Source: Tubiluchus corallicola (taxonomy: Eukaryota; Animalia; Priapulida). From it: a DNA stretch of 64,000 nt. Positions 1-14,375 of the stretch are shown piece by piece (positions within the stretch are counted from its first letter, which is position 1; each line of letters starts with the position of its first letter). The notes under the pieces were generated by a model, which had not been told where the DNA came from, made no database searches, and saw only the letters and a list, made by a program, of their open reading frames with translations. The stretch lies in NCBI GenBank assembly GCA_030141605.1, contig JAQGDQ010000362.1, positions 62,001-126,000 of the forward strand, read 5' to 3'. The position numbers were made by a program, and so were the translations under genes.

Positions 1-288
1 TGCGTTTGTGACATAGCAGGTGCGCAATAAAATTAATATTATTCTCAAGTACGGGACGCAGAATTATCATAATGGTGCTATTAACATTTGTCAGACTGAA
101 TGATTTGACTAATGTGGCAGCGTATATGTGGAAATTGATTGACGACAAAAAAGATCTATACAAAAATGGCCTTTCAGTGTGATGGATCTTAACTTCTTAC
201 TCAAGTCAAGGATGCAGCAAAGGACGCACGAAATATAAGCCTTATTATTCACAGCATTACGCATGATAGGAATCAGATATTGAAGTGG

Positions 289-500
289 TGATGACGATTA
301 TGACGGTAATGATAATGATGATGATGATGATGATGATGATAATGATGATGATGATGAAGGTGATGATGACGTTGATGACGATAAATATAATGGTGATGAT
401 AATGATGTTTGGAACAGTCATGGGATGATGACAATGGCGATAATTGTCGGTGACGATAATAATTATGACAATGAGAACGATAATAAAAGCAAGGATAAAG
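289..500. repeat. Degenerate (GAT/AAT)n microsatellite
   Basis: Runs of gatgatgat/gataat seen directly. Confidence 0.8.
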
Positions 501-685
501 TTGATTGTGACGCCATTAAATTAAATATCAGAATTACTTTTGACATACATGCTGTGTTGTTTCGTGACTATTATATCTTAAAAAAACCAAGTAGGTCTAT
601 TTTATTCTATAAATTATATTAACTATTTAATTATTTGGCAGTCCTCTACTTCAAGTAACTGAGGCCGTATATCAAGTATATACTA

Positions 686-782
686 CAGGGGCGGATACAG
701 GGTTTAGAAAAAGCGTGAGCCCAACGAAAAAGCAGCTAGGGGGTCTGGGGGAGCGCTGTAAGCTCCCCAAGCAGGGTCCGCC
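686..782 (+). mobile_element. GC-rich terminal fragment of a non-autonomous DNA element (hAT-like left end)
   Basis: Starts CAGGGGCGGAT, similar to the TIR of the hAT-type element at 28294-29137. Contains GGGGGTCTGGGGGAGCGCTGTAAGCTCCCC, a hairpin motif I recall from invertebrate repeats. No matching right end found. Confidence 0.4.
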
Positions 783-1589
783 ATTGCATTTTACTGTATT
801 TTAGACCATTTTTCTTGCTATTTCCTCAAGCAAATTCAATATGTTTAAAACTCATTATGTCACCTCAAACTTTTGACTTTTAATTACATATCAATATATT
901 AGTATATAGTGTATATGACGTATATAACTTTTATGTTTTTTGAAAAGTAGAACCTTCGTGCTATGTGAATTTTGCAGGTATTAAATTTTAATAAAGGTAT
1001 TGCTAGAATTTATTCTAGCACTGCTAAAATCTCTGAATGTAAATCTATGAGTGGAATTATGTAAATAATTAAGTATATGAATTGATTAGGCAGATCTGTG
1101 GAAACAGGATAAAAAATTAGCGCAATGCTAAAAATAGATATGAGAATTTTTTGTGATAATTTTAATTTAAACAGGCCATATACAACAACTGCATTTTCAT
1201 TGGTAATTCATTGTTCGACTGTCATAAATGTACAATATGTGACGTAAAGCACACTGCACTATCTGCACCTGAAGTATTTTTTTAAGTAGAGGAACGTAAT
1301 GCCTTTTGGCTTAAACCTCTCCTTACGTCTCTACAGATATCAATAATAATAATTGTATGTTTTGAAGTGTAGATCTTAAATGATGCGGCAATTCTCAAAC
1401 TATAATTACATGCCAAATAAATTTTTCAACTACAATAAGCTATTGAATTTCTGCGGTTTGATAAAAGATTTAACTCAAACGTTAACAATACTTTTTAAAT
1501 TATGATAAAAATCATGATATTTTGCATAGATATTATAATGCCATTATGAAACCTTGATGGGTAGGTTCGCAGCCTGGAGGGTGGTTTTA

Positions 1590-2290
1590 GCCGAGGTAAA
1601 ACTTATCATTATCAAGTAATTGGAGATTATACTTAACGTGCTGAATGACGCCACAATTAAAATTGCAAAATTTCAATAAAAGCTAATGATTAGCATTTTT
1701 CTGATCTTCCTGCATGATTGAATCGGACCCCTGCCTAACCTAAATTGGGACGAAACGATTGGTACTCATGATGCTTATTTCCTTGCTATTGTGTGCCGAT
1801 TCTCCCACCCGCGACGAGCGTGGGACCCAAGACAAAATGATAGGCTGAGCTAGAAAATTGAAAATCATCGACAATTGAGTTTGATGGGTACTGATGACAA
1901 CTCCGCCCATCTTACTATGTTTGAAGTTGGGAGGTCTAGACACAGGGCAACTGTAAATTATCTTTAGATTTTGACAAATAATAAAATACGGGTAACTTTC
2001 TTATATAGCTTGTCTCATTACTTATAGTTATGGGAATGTCATTTTATTAGGTAATTTACACTCGGTAAAGTAAGACGTTTTCGGTGCCTCAATGATGATA
2101 TGGATCGTCCGTTTCTTCAGTCACGAACACAAGTTATATGCATATGATGGGCAGAGCCGAGATGGAGGTCTAAGGAATCATTAGGTGGCTTATAACTTCC
2201 AAAGAAGCGTCCAAAATTGTGGAATTACCTGGTGTAAAGCCCTCTTGAGACTTATGGGTTCATGAGCCGTTTAGGTCACTATTTTCTAGT
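1590..2290 (+). mobile_element. Possible highly decayed LTR-retrotransposon (Gypsy-like) integrase remnant
   Basis: Fragments across frames read TYHYQVIG (cf. YHPQxNG), NWDE and VAYNFQ, in the order expected for an integrase C-terminus. Many stops and frameshifts. Confidence 0.2.
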
Positions 2291-2350
2291 AAGTCCTATG
2301 GATGTTGGTCTAAGGCCGGACCCAGTCAGGCTGGACCAAAGTGACCCAAG

Positions 2351-2610
2351 TGAATATTACACAGTCGCAAGAACATTACTTTATGACTGCAGTACATTAG
2401 CGGGACTGAAGTGAATATTACATAGACGCAAAAACTGTAGAACATTACTTTATGACTGCAGTACATTAGTGGGACTCAAGTGAATATTACACAGTCGCAG
2501 AAACTGCAGAACATTACTTTGCGACTGCAGCACATTAGTGCGACCCACGTGAATATTACACAGTCGCAACAACTACAGAACATTATTTTATGATTCAGCA
2601 CATTAGTGAC
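2351..2610. repeat. Minisatellite, about 4 head-to-tail copies of a 60-69 bp unit
   Basis: Units start GTGAATATTACA at 2351, 2411, 2480 and 2549, each containing AGAACATTA..T...GA..CAG.ACATTAG. Confidence 0.9.
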
Positions 2611-2796
2611 AGGAATACTTCCTCCCTTTGGACGAGAGATATACTCTAAAACAGTATGATGAACAAAACTGCTCAAAACGAGTATTAAACTCCATGTTCA
2701 ACCATCCATTCACTGGTCAGATTCAGTGTTGCAAAACCTTTGGTCAATTATAAGTAGGCAATGGATTTCACAATGCATATTACTGTATTACATATA

Positions 2797-3226
2797 TGGG
2801 GTGGCGCAAAAAAAAGCGTGCCGAAGTTTAAACTAAGATAATGTTAGAAGGAAGTGCCTATATTGCAGTATATTAGCTTTTGGTTGTGAAAGTTACAAGT
2901 TTATAACTTTAATAATACTTTTTAAGTTACAAAGTGAGAAACTGTATCAGCTGTTGGAAGAAACGCCTTCGTCTAGTTTGCATTGAAGGTGATGGGCACA
3001 TACAGAGTACTTGTTGTAAATTTTAACAATGCTGATAGACAATTTTTCCCTCTTTATTTTTCTGACTTATTGTTTTAAAATTTCTATATCCTTGAAAGGA
3101 TGTAAGAAATTGACCTAAAATTTTTGGCATTTATACACAATCGTCTACAACATTTTCAATCGATTCTGTTGTTTTCTTCTTACAATATCGTCATCAAAAC
3201 TTCCGCACATTTTTTGCGCCACCTGA
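2797..3226. mobile_element. Tc1/mariner-type MITE (~430 bp)
   Basis: Left TA|TGGGGTGGCGCAAAAAAAAGCGTGCCGAAGTTT; right end reverse-complements to TA|TCAGGTGGCGCAAAAAATGTGCGGAAGTTT. TA flanks, no coding capacity. Confidence 0.75.
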
Positions 3227-3293
3227 TATACTGTATATATGGGAATAATGATGTATGCGAATAAATGATATGTATTTTTGATATAATGATACA

Positions 3294-3420
3294 CAACAAC
3301 AACAACAACATCATCATCATCAACAACAACAACAGCAGCAGCAGCAGCAACAACAACAACAACAATAGCAACAACAGCAACAATAACAACAACTACAATA
3401 GCAGCAGCAGCAGTAACAGT

Positions 3421-3506
<86 letters not shown>

Positions 3507-3585
3507 CAACAACAACAGCAACAACAACTACAACAGCAGCAACAACAGCAGTAACAACAATAGCAACAACTACAATAGCAGCAGT

Positions 3586-3635
<50 letters not shown>

Positions 3636-3659
3636 CAACAACAACAACAACAACTACAA
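3294..3659. repeat. Compound (AAC)n/(AGC)n microsatellite
   Basis: Seen directly; explains the poly-N/S and poly-L ORFs. Confidence 0.95.
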
Positions 3660-6600
3660 GAAAAAACAGGTGTTTAGAAGGCCGACTACTTACTGTTCAA
3701 TCAATTCACGCAGTCAAATCTTTGGGAATGGCTTACATAAGTACTTGTATAATTGTACCAATTTAGATTTACTGATGTAGTGATCACGTTCACGTCTGTA
3801 AAATATTGCTAAAAAATAGAAAAAGGCAAGTACTGCCTATTCACTTCTCTTCTTACATTTGTTCTTGACAATTTATTTCCCCTATAATTCAGAGTCAAGT
3901 TTTCTGCTCATGTCTAGTGTATAACTTGTGTAAAACCATGCCTTAGCAACCAAAGGCTTTCAAAGTAAACTGTTGTGCATAAAGGCTAACTTGCGAGTGA
4001 TTAGTGAGTAATGCATTTTGAATATCGTCTGCAAAAAATATGCAAAAAAAGACGATTAGGAATTTAATAGAACTGGTTCTATCAAATAGCACTCAGACAA
4101 ATTTTGTTTGAAACGAATCAGTCCTTTGCATATTATTACGTACTGAATTGAATGTGCGCGGTCATTACGCAATTTACAGTTTTCCTTGCATAAGATGTAA
4201 GGACTGTCTGACTTGTTCTGTTGCGGTTACAAAAGAGAATTTATGTTTGGGAAGTGTTCAAAGACGATTCAAATGAGCAGTACAATAACGCACAATTTAT
4301 AAAGGTTAGACAGCTTCGCAGATCAAGGATCATCCGATTATAACTACTGTGAAAGGCAAATTTCAAGGGGGTAAATGAAACCTCCGAACAAAATTTGAAA
4401 TCTAGGCATCACCGAAAATAACTCATTTTCTTATTTTCTACAAACAGGAAATATGCGCCAGTACTTGTGATCACCTGTTTTGTTTTTGTTTAGCGTTCTT
4501 CTTTAAAATACCACGAATCATTTACTGCTTCAAGATTCATTAAACCTCTTCTTAAATCCTCCCTGATTAAGTTACGTTTACGCAAAATATTAACCAGTCT
4601 TAAAGAACTCTACTGTATTTGCTGGGCGTTTAATGCAGAGGTGCCTGGATGTCATCTTTCTATCTCTGCATAATGATTATTTGATTCCGTGCATAATAAG
4701 ATTTTGTATAAGCCAGCGCTCTTGTTCGAACACAGTAGCTTCTTGTTACTCAAATACTCAAGTACCTGTTTGCATTTAACCAAGGAATCTAGTATTTTAT
4801 TATTACTGCTGGCTATCACAATACAAGGATAGTTCATATAGCTTAAATCACAAAATAGTGACAGTTGCATGCGATTCCGCAGGTACACCTCACTGCACGC
4901 ATAGGAGCTTAAAATATGCCCTCCGGGTGGCGGTTTAAGAAAACCAAAATATTTTCTGTTTGTGTGAATAATTTGTTGCCCAGATTTGTTTGCAGAGTTG
5001 GCCCGGCAGCCAGCTTTTTCCATGAACGTGTGCACAATGTTATAGATAGTGATACACCCTTTAGGCAATATGGTAGTTTTTTACGGAAGGCTTCATTGAA
5101 TCAAGTTGGTATAAACTTACGGTTTCATGTCTACTGTATCTATCAGTAGGAAAAATAAGTCCAAGAATTTCTTCAAACAAATTAAAAATGTGGAAAATCA
5201 AATTAAGAAAACATAATTATGTGTATGCTTTTTCGGCATTTTCTTCAGTAATTAACTAAATAAAAATTTGAAGCTGATTTTTGTTTTACCGACACAAAAC
5301 AGTTGAACGCCTCCAAAAATTCTATTTAGAACTGAATAAAGATAAAGCACGTCATCGTCAATATATAATGTTATCAACACTTTTCAAGAAAGTAGTGCCT
5401 ATGTCGCAGTTTTTGAGCTAGTCCTTTGTGTGAAACAGTTTATGTTGCTACGGCAACGGAAAATCTGACCCTAGCACTGATTAAACTGCGAGTTGTTCAT
5501 GTGTTTTTTATCCAGCAGAAATTCGGTGCATGCCCTAAGAATAATAAAGCGTGGTACCGCATAAGTATGAATGGCCCTTATTAGTACGTCGGATTCAATT
5601 TTATCTTCAAGGACGGATTTTATGCAAAAGTATTTTTGGAAGCGAAATAAAAAGATGTAAAATAAATTAATCAATTATGAGCTAACATGTATTAGCTTTA
5701 GGTCAAGTTTTATCAGATATTAATCATTACAGTCTTCCCCCAGTGTAATCATTACTGTTTATGGCCTGGCTCCTTCTTGTTTCAATTTAATTATGACAAT
5801 ATTAAGGCACAAAAGAAATACGCTGGGTTCTATTCAACATTAAGCCTACTTTACGACCCATATTTTTTCTAAGAATATTTTAAATTCAATTAAAAAGAAT
5901 TTTATTAACCATCCATATGTTACACGCTGTGATGTCATCTGCTTATATTATAATAACTTTCAAGACTTTATGACGTCTATGCGTTGGCCATATGGTTGAA
6001 CTTGATAAGTACCACCCCAAGGCGATAGTGTGATCACCTGACTACTGTTGACATGACATTTTTTCTGTTGTGTGATTTACAGTCCACGAACAGCTTTTTT
6101 CTGGCTCATTTCACATTAAAAAGTCCTATCACAATACGGAACGGTACGCTTAATGGATTAAGTGCTAATTATTCGCGGGCCAATACAAGCTGTAAAGCGC
6201 TAGAGGATTTTTCCACCTGGCACTAGCCAATTGCATAAGAGAGGATTCTTTTCCACAGATAACTGTAGGCCTATGTTGATGTAATGATAACAGATCAACT
6301 TTTTTTGCAAAATTAATACTTTTCTTTCGTTTAATTTTATAAACACATTCATTCCACAAACAGTTGAAATTCGTGACATCGGAATCACGTAATTTTTATA
6401 GTTAATATAAATTTTAAAACCCAGAAAGCCCATCTTGACTAAAACTTTAATACAAACAGTCTAATAAGGCACACTTTGATGTCCAATAGCAATAATTCTT
6501 CGTTGGTTTGAAAACAGTGATACAAATTATATTTCTAGTACACCTTTGTGCTACACCATGCAGGTTTTGGCGTGCATTTAAGGGAAATGCGAATACTCTA

Positions 6601-8589
6601 CCACTAGACTAATCCGACAGATCAGACATTATCGTTACTGATGGGTGCAACACAATTTTATTACAAGATCAAGATCACGTCTTACTAAGGTTTCTTGTAC
6701 GTAGTTTACTCAGGTCTTGTAGGAACCAACCAACCAACACGAGTCAAGGACATTGCATGTTTTTCCATAACGTGCGTCTGTTATACAAGATTTCTGTGGT
6801 TTTCTGTCTTGAGAAATGACATCGCATCCATCATTTTCGATAAGGGCGTAACAGTGACAGCGTTACGATGCAGAAGGCCAAAATGTTGAAGGAACATTAC
6901 TGGAATAGAAAGGGGTGTGTGGAGCTAAAACAATCAAACCCCTGGACAACACTGATACTCTGTGTATTGCGAATATAACGCTCGAGGCTGATAATTCGGT
7001 AATCATTGAGGATTCTCAGCTCAATAATTAAAAAAGTTATCAAATTTTGCAAGCTAAAATAGCGTAGACAATAACTGGTTGGGGTGGAACCGTAACTTAT
7101 CTCATTTTCAATACTAATCCTCGAACATTCCATGGGCTAGACCAGATATCGGTACCATCTCGAACGACAAATTCTAATTGCCAATTTTTATTCCTAAATC
7201 ATAACTTTATTACATTTTTTATATAATGGACCTTACCAAACAGTAGTTTATTATTGGTACGGGCCCACTTCTAGGACCCCGAAAGCCATATTAGGACAAA
7301 TTTTTGCATAACAAGGAAGAGGATGGCTACGCAGGATTGCAACAATGTAGGTATTAAATGTTTACTTTTGTATAATATTTCGCTACGGGCCATTGTAATG
7401 AGCTACCTAGTAGTAGAAAAAAAATTGAATGGCGCAAACAAGGTGTACTATCTTAAGTTTCAAAATGTATTTACGGAGACCCTGTTTATTTTTCTTAGGT
7501 TAGTTTTTTCTACTAAACGTTTTTGGCCGACTTCCTACTAACTAAAGTATGCTATTCTTGACATTGTTTATAAAATGTTATAAACCCAATAATCCCAATA
7601 ATAAAGTGGGGCAACAGATGGTAAACCAGATTTTGTGAAGGCACACCTGAAAAACCATGTTTACTTAAATAATTTGATATTTAAATAAAAAGTTGTTTAA
7701 TTTCATTACGCTCCAATACAGCGCAAATTAAAGTGGTCCTTTGTCGGTCGCGGTCTCTTAACCCGTAGTCTTTTATCCGGTGGTCCATTTACCGTCCTCC
7801 TGCATCATTACCTTGCAGTCTTGACAAAGCTAGACACTTAAAATCTTGCCGTTCGTTTGCAGACAAATATTTTTAATATTGTTACTATGCGCAGTTTTTA
7901 CAAAATTCGTGACTTTTTTGGTTATACGCGTCAAAAGGAGTCCCACAGCCAGACTAATTTTCATTACAGACATATTGTGCTTAATGTATCAAATGTGTTT
8001 TCGGATGCATTAGAACTTGCAGATTTATTTTATTATAATTCCCTTTCTAATACCACGCAGTGAATTTAAACTAGTTGCATAAGAGTACGTGCCTATGCAA
8101 ACTTTTACATTCTTGTGCGTTAATTTTTTCTTAATAGTTCTATTGGTCTTTGAACCACTACCTATAGAACTTTTATTTTTAACTCTGAGAAAAACTATAT
8201 TGTCGTGAGAAAAGTCTATTAATCCAGTGTGCCTACAGGCACTGCCGTCACATTACAAGCCTATATAGTACATTATGCACCACAAATTTTTTGACTTATT
8301 GTAATCATGATGTGAAAGTTAGAGCACGTAGGTTTTGCTTTTATGTACGTATACGAATATATGCCTGGATTGGAGCACTTCTATGGACTACGTGTGCCTA
8401 TGGGCATTACCTAACAATTTGTTCGAAAATGGGGAAACGTGTGTCCAATTTACGGTCATTGACTGCCCAGCAAATGCCCCGAGTTTGAAAACTAATGAGA
8501 GTCGTTATTAGTTGAATCATCATAAAATGGTTTCAAAATGGCGTATTAAACACGTTTATCTCTTCTCCACAAGTGAGCAACATCAATTA

Positions 8590-8960
8590 CTTGCGATATT
8601 ATGTAATAAATTTCATTATTGTTCAAAGGAAGTAAAAAGTATCTTGTTCAAATCGTATTGCAGTGGAATTTATTGTAGCAGCATATGGATATCCTATATG
8701 CGATATATTATTGCGAAACTCAGATCGGCGTATATTGTTGATTTTATAAAATTTTTAAGCATCACGAAGAGCGTCACGAGAGTGTCTTATTATTATGTGC
8801 ACATAATAATGCTCCACACTTAAGAGTATTAACGAGGAAAAGCTGCTATAGTTTAGGAAATCGCATTCTTGCAAGTTAAAATGACATTTTAGTTTGCGGT
8901 TGTACAAACTCTGTTTTATTTGAGTCTGCATTTTTTAATAACTAGCGAAACATATTATGT
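8590..8960 (+). mobile_element. 3' fragment of a non-LTR retrotransposon (CR1/L2-group ORF2 C-terminus), decayed
   Basis: NKFHYCSKEVKSILFKSYCSGIYCSSIW...KLRSAY resembles the post-RT LFKSYC..YG..LW...L..AY motif. AT-rich 3' UTR-like sequence follows. Confidence 0.6.
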
Positions 8961-9599
8961 GATATATTAAGTTTGATTTATTTATAAATTATTTTAAGTT
9001 GTAAATTTTTAGGGAAGGTATTTTTAACATGTATTTTAGATTTTTTAGTAATTTTAATCTGTTTTATCAATAATGTTTATGCATTAAATTATGTACTAAA
9101 TAGCCTACATGGCTGTCTGCCTGCCTGTCCCTCTCAGCAGTTACATGCTTATGTGCTCGTTTGTTTTGCTACATTATTCTGAACGTTTGTTGTATTTTGC
9201 TTACAAAGTTTCAGTAATAGCACCAATGAAAAATGAGTGAAATGAAAAATTACATAAGAAGAACGTAATCTTGGTATTTAACATTAATTTACTGAATTAT
9301 ATTTATTACTAGAGTTATTAATCACATTTTAAAGAATAAGAATTTGCCATTTGAAGTTTCTCACGCTCTCAAAACCTAAAGTGCAATTCCAGTGCTTTAG
9401 TTGTAATCTGTTATTTTCAAATAAAACTACCAATACGATTTTGTTGTTTGCTGTTTGTTGGTGTCATTTCAGGGCGTTTATAATACATGTACATTACACA
9501 GTGGTTTGCCATGATCTTAATAACGTTTCGCCATTGGGTGCAATACAGGATATAACACTATTGCTAAGAGATTGTTAACACGCTATGATGAATGTCTTC

Positions 9600-10582
9600 T
9601 TCACCTGACTGATTAAAACTTACAATAAAAGGTTGACTTGCTTCTCCAGCCAATGTTCCTTGAAGGCAGACACCTGCAATGCAATGTTTGCCCTCGGGTT
9701 AGGCCTTGGTCACAGACACGACATTTGACTATACAAAATTTCCCGGGTTAGACATATATTTGCAGCGTAAACATGCCTACCTGTCAACTCTCTCTAGTAA
9801 AAGATATGTCTACATATCTTCTACAGGGCCAAGATCACAGACTGTTTTCCCTAATGACAGGTGTCGCTTGACAAATGTCACAGGAGAAATTGGAGAAAAA
9901 TTGGCTTGTAATTATAGGTAAAGCACAGGGTTAAGTTCCCACTAGCAATTCTACTTTCCTCTGTCGGCTCTACTCAAGGTGTGATTTTACGTTGCGACCG
10001 CTAATTTAAAAAACCAAACGAGTTGCTTACAATTTTATTGCATGGACAAATGGAACCACCTGAGCCTCCCATGCTTATCCCAATTTCCTTTGCAAATGTT
10101 TTTACGATGTGTTTTGTTCAATTACAGAAAATTCATGTGTTCAGCAATGCCAAGTACCTAAATATAGGCATTTCTTTTAATTTTGTGTCAAACTATTTGC
10201 ACTGGCTTAAACCTGGCCCAACCTGATTTAATCATTTTTTGTCTAGAAGTCCATCCTCGGGAAGCTTTACAAGACTTATTTGTGGAATTCTTTTTATTCA
10301 TTTTAATCTCTCTTTCCACCCCATTTCTCTCTTTGCCCCTTTTCTGCAGTTTTTCTCTTTCTGTTTTAGATCTTCGTCCTTATTTTTCTTTCACCTTCTA
10401 ATTTTCACACTTTCTCTCCTTCTTTTTTCTTTCTCCTTCCTCCCGTTCTCTTTTTTCTCTCTTTCCGCTTTCTCTTTCTCTCTCTCTCACTCTCTCATGT
10501 AAATTTAATTTTACTTATGCTAATGTTGTACCTGCAAATAGAGATTTTTTATTAATAAAGATTTTAAATAAATAAATAAAAT
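9600..10582 (+). mobile_element. Decayed LINE 3' end (possibly L1/Tx1-like zinc-finger region) with pyrimidine-rich 3' UTR and A-rich tail
   Basis: Frameshifted ELLTILLHG...CKC...RHFF.FC resembles the zf-RVT region. CT-rich tract ~10300-10500, then AATAAA and (TAAA)n at ~10554-10582. Confidence 0.35.
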
Positions 10583-11935
10583 ATTTCTCTGTCTCTCTCT
10601 GTCTGTTGTTCAAACTAAGGTTAATGAGAAGAAAATGTAATAAAACGAATCTTATTTACAAATTGTTGTGTGAGAACTGTGACTTAGATTCAACTGCCTA
10701 ATGCCTAATTAATTTCCAATTTAGTAATTCGCAAAATGATAAGTAGCTTTTCCCTGAATATGAGCCATATGATTATTTATTTGAGAAGTCTTCACGCTGA
10801 ATTTAACACCGAAACTTTTACGATAATAATTACATTAAATCTGAATGTATATATAAGAACTATTTATACTTAACTTAGCATCTTTATATATAAATACAAC
10901 CCTGCCTGCGCACCCGTCCCTTTCTTCTTTGAAATATGATTTAATAATTGATTTTCTGCTTAAACCTGAACGTGCCTCAGTACTTAGCAATCAAAAACTA
11001 TTAATAATGGTATGCATAAAGTTAAAACTAAAGTTTCGTCCAGATTAAATTTTGCTCGAAAATTGTTTATGTGGCAGAGAAACCGATCAAACCCCAAAAT
11101 GGTCTATTGTATAAAACCCAAGTAATGGCTATGGTTTTAACCGAACGCGTAGGCTCGGAGTGTCATTGTCCTCTTTTCCACAACTTTTTTTTAAAAAATC
11201 CATCCTAATGTGCGCAAGCTATTCGTAAAAAATCAGAATTTAAACAACGCGTATAAAGTGATTTTGTGGCAGGAAATTTGATCGAAGTTTATTCAAGCTG
11301 CCTAAGAAAAAGTTGCATAAAAGAAGCAAGGAAAATCTTTGTTGATTTAATTTAAATATGCACACCATGACTTGATGTCTGAAAACATCAGTATTTTCAT
11401 ATATAAGTTGTAATAACCGTTTAATATTAATAACAATCGTGTAAAAGGTACAAGGTTCAACGCATTGTGGTGTTAGACTTGAATTGTTCATTGTGATTGT
11501 TTATTAATATTCCGAACATGAGTGGCATCAAAAGTTTCCCCTACTTCACTCTTCAATGTCTTACCAGTCAACAATGTTATTCAATTTCAATGCCAAGTGT
11601 ATGCAGTCGGTGGGAGGGAAGCTACTCCTGTGTGACTTGTTTGTTTTGCACAAACCAAAACTTTTTTATAAGATGATTTTTTTCGCCTTACTTTGACACC
11701 TGCCAGTAGGCGAACATTATAGGCTACAACAGCTTATATTCATATTAGTTATTTAGGTACCGCTGATCATTATTACAAACATACATTGTGTATGCACATT
11801 TGGTGCATTCGAAGGTGGTTCCTATTCAACATAGATATGATATGCGAATAGGCTTGTTGGATATAGATACTAACCTAGCACGCGTCAAAAATTGTTGACC
11901 AAGTCTAAATCATACACTTGAAACAGTGAGTTTAA

Positions 11936-12392
11936 CCCTTTCAGTTCCAAATTATTTTTTAATAAGAAACATTTTTTTGGCTTGGTACTTTTGTTCAGTA
12001 TGTCCGTCTTGTTTACACATAATAAATATTTTTTCTACCTGTGCCCGTATGCTAAATAAAGCCTGTATCCCACGGGATACATTGGGATTCAATGGAAGCA
12101 TAAAATGTGCTGCATTTTGCAACTGCTGACAATATTTTAAAGTATTTAAGACATTTAGTATGCACGCTATGCTGATCTGTACAAAGTCGTCTCTAAAGTA
12201 CTGTACCTTGCGCAGTTTTTTATGCTATGTAGATTTCTAGTTTGCCATTTTATCACCATTTTTAGTCTATTGTTATTGGCTTAAATCAATATAACTATTA
12301 ACAGATCAAATAACTGTCAGTTTTAAAATTTTATTAATTCTAAAGGCAAAAAATATTTTCGTATCCCACGGGATACAACGGGTATGAAAGGG
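11936..12392. mobile_element. piggyBac-type MITE (457 bp)
   Basis: TTAA|CCCTTTCA ... TGAAAGGG|TTAA (TTAA at 11932-11935 and 12393-12396). Internal palindrome GTATCCCACGGGATAC occurs twice. Confidence 0.85.
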
Positions 12393-12752
12393 TTAATGAA
12401 CGAATTTATGATTGTTTCTTCAGAGTTTCTTCCATATAATAGTTAAAAACATAGAACGTAAAGAAAATAGTAATATGCGAAAATAAATAAAACATATTTC
12501 TATGTACAATTAAACACAATCATACACGGTCACCCTTTCTTCCAACATTCTCTTACATTTACATTAAGTAAAATGACAGCAAGTAAAAGTATTACTAAAA
12601 GCGTTATCCATTTATTACGTATGTAATAAATTGTCTGCAAGAAAAGTTAAACTAAAAATCACGTTGGTCCGATTGATACATAAAAAATTTAGACTTAAAG
12701 CCTTAAAAGGCATTGAAGGAATGGAATGGATAGTTGACGCGTGACATGCACC

Positions 12753-13064
<312 letters not shown>

Positions 13065-13093
13065 CATGCACCATAAGTAATCCTTGCTAGTTT

Positions 13094-13466
<373 letters not shown>

Positions 13467-13934
13467 TGAGTTAAGTCTTATGTAATGCAGATAGAGCAAT
13501 ATGTTCTCCAGCACGGGACGTTTTTACAGCGCCACGCTAGTTTAAGTTTAATTTGTGTTTTGCTACTTTTTAAAATTCTCAAAGCACAAACCAGTTTAAT
13601 GCCACACAGTCAACAGAATTGTCCAATATCACAACCCAGATCGCAAACATACAAAAAATTGCCCAGAAATCAGTTTTTAGAAGGCTGACTCACCCCTGAG
13701 GATTAAACTCTTTCTCGTCCTTCTACTGCGCGGTTGCACTTATCAAGGATTAATGTCAACTACTGATACATCATTGTGATCCGACCTTCCTGTTCTGTTT
13801 AACCTTAGCTCAGTGTTCTCAACCTAGTTTTTCCATAGAGTGGATAGTAGCAACACTGAAAAAAAAGAAGAAAAAAAAAATAAAAGAAAAGAAAAAGAAA
13901 AAATTGAGGAGTGGACATAAAAACCAAAAAATAT

Positions 13935-14375
13935 TTTGATGAGGATGATGACAAAAGAAAAATGATAATGATGATGACGACGGTGGCGATAATGACGATC
14001 ACGACGACAATGATTACGATGGTGGTTGTGGCGGCGACGACAACAATGATGCGGTAAAATGAGCTGTTCTTGGCTGAGGAAATGGCTACCATAGTTGCCA
14101 TTCATTTTCATTATATACAAAAAACACTGCTTAAGAGAAGGGCGGTAAAAAGACGAAAAACGTGTTCAGAATTCAGAAAGATAATTTAAGAAGATTTAGC
14201 GTCGTTAAATGATGGTGGTCTTCATAATTGATATTGCTGTTACTGCTTGTGCTGAGCCGATGATGATGATAATAATGATGACAATGTTGTTGTTGTTGCT
14301 GTTGTTGTTTTTGTTGTTGTTGATGATGATGATGATCTTGATGACGATGATGCTGACACTGATGAAGATGATGTC
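13935..14375. repeat. Degenerate (GAT/GAC/GTT)n tracts
   Basis: Two low-complexity trinucleotide patches at ~13935-14050 and ~14260-14375. Confidence 0.7.

Noticed and set aside
2351-2610. Regularly spaced repeats resembling a CRISPR array
   Set aside because: The whole unit repeats, there are no unique spacers or cas genes, and the context is eukaryotic.
3180-3780. Long low-complexity ORFs (poly-N/S, poly-L), and similar ORFs at 12734-13455, 27654-27948, 34141-34407, 52246-52749 and 54518-54866
   Set aside because: They are translations of microsatellites with no splice or domain support.
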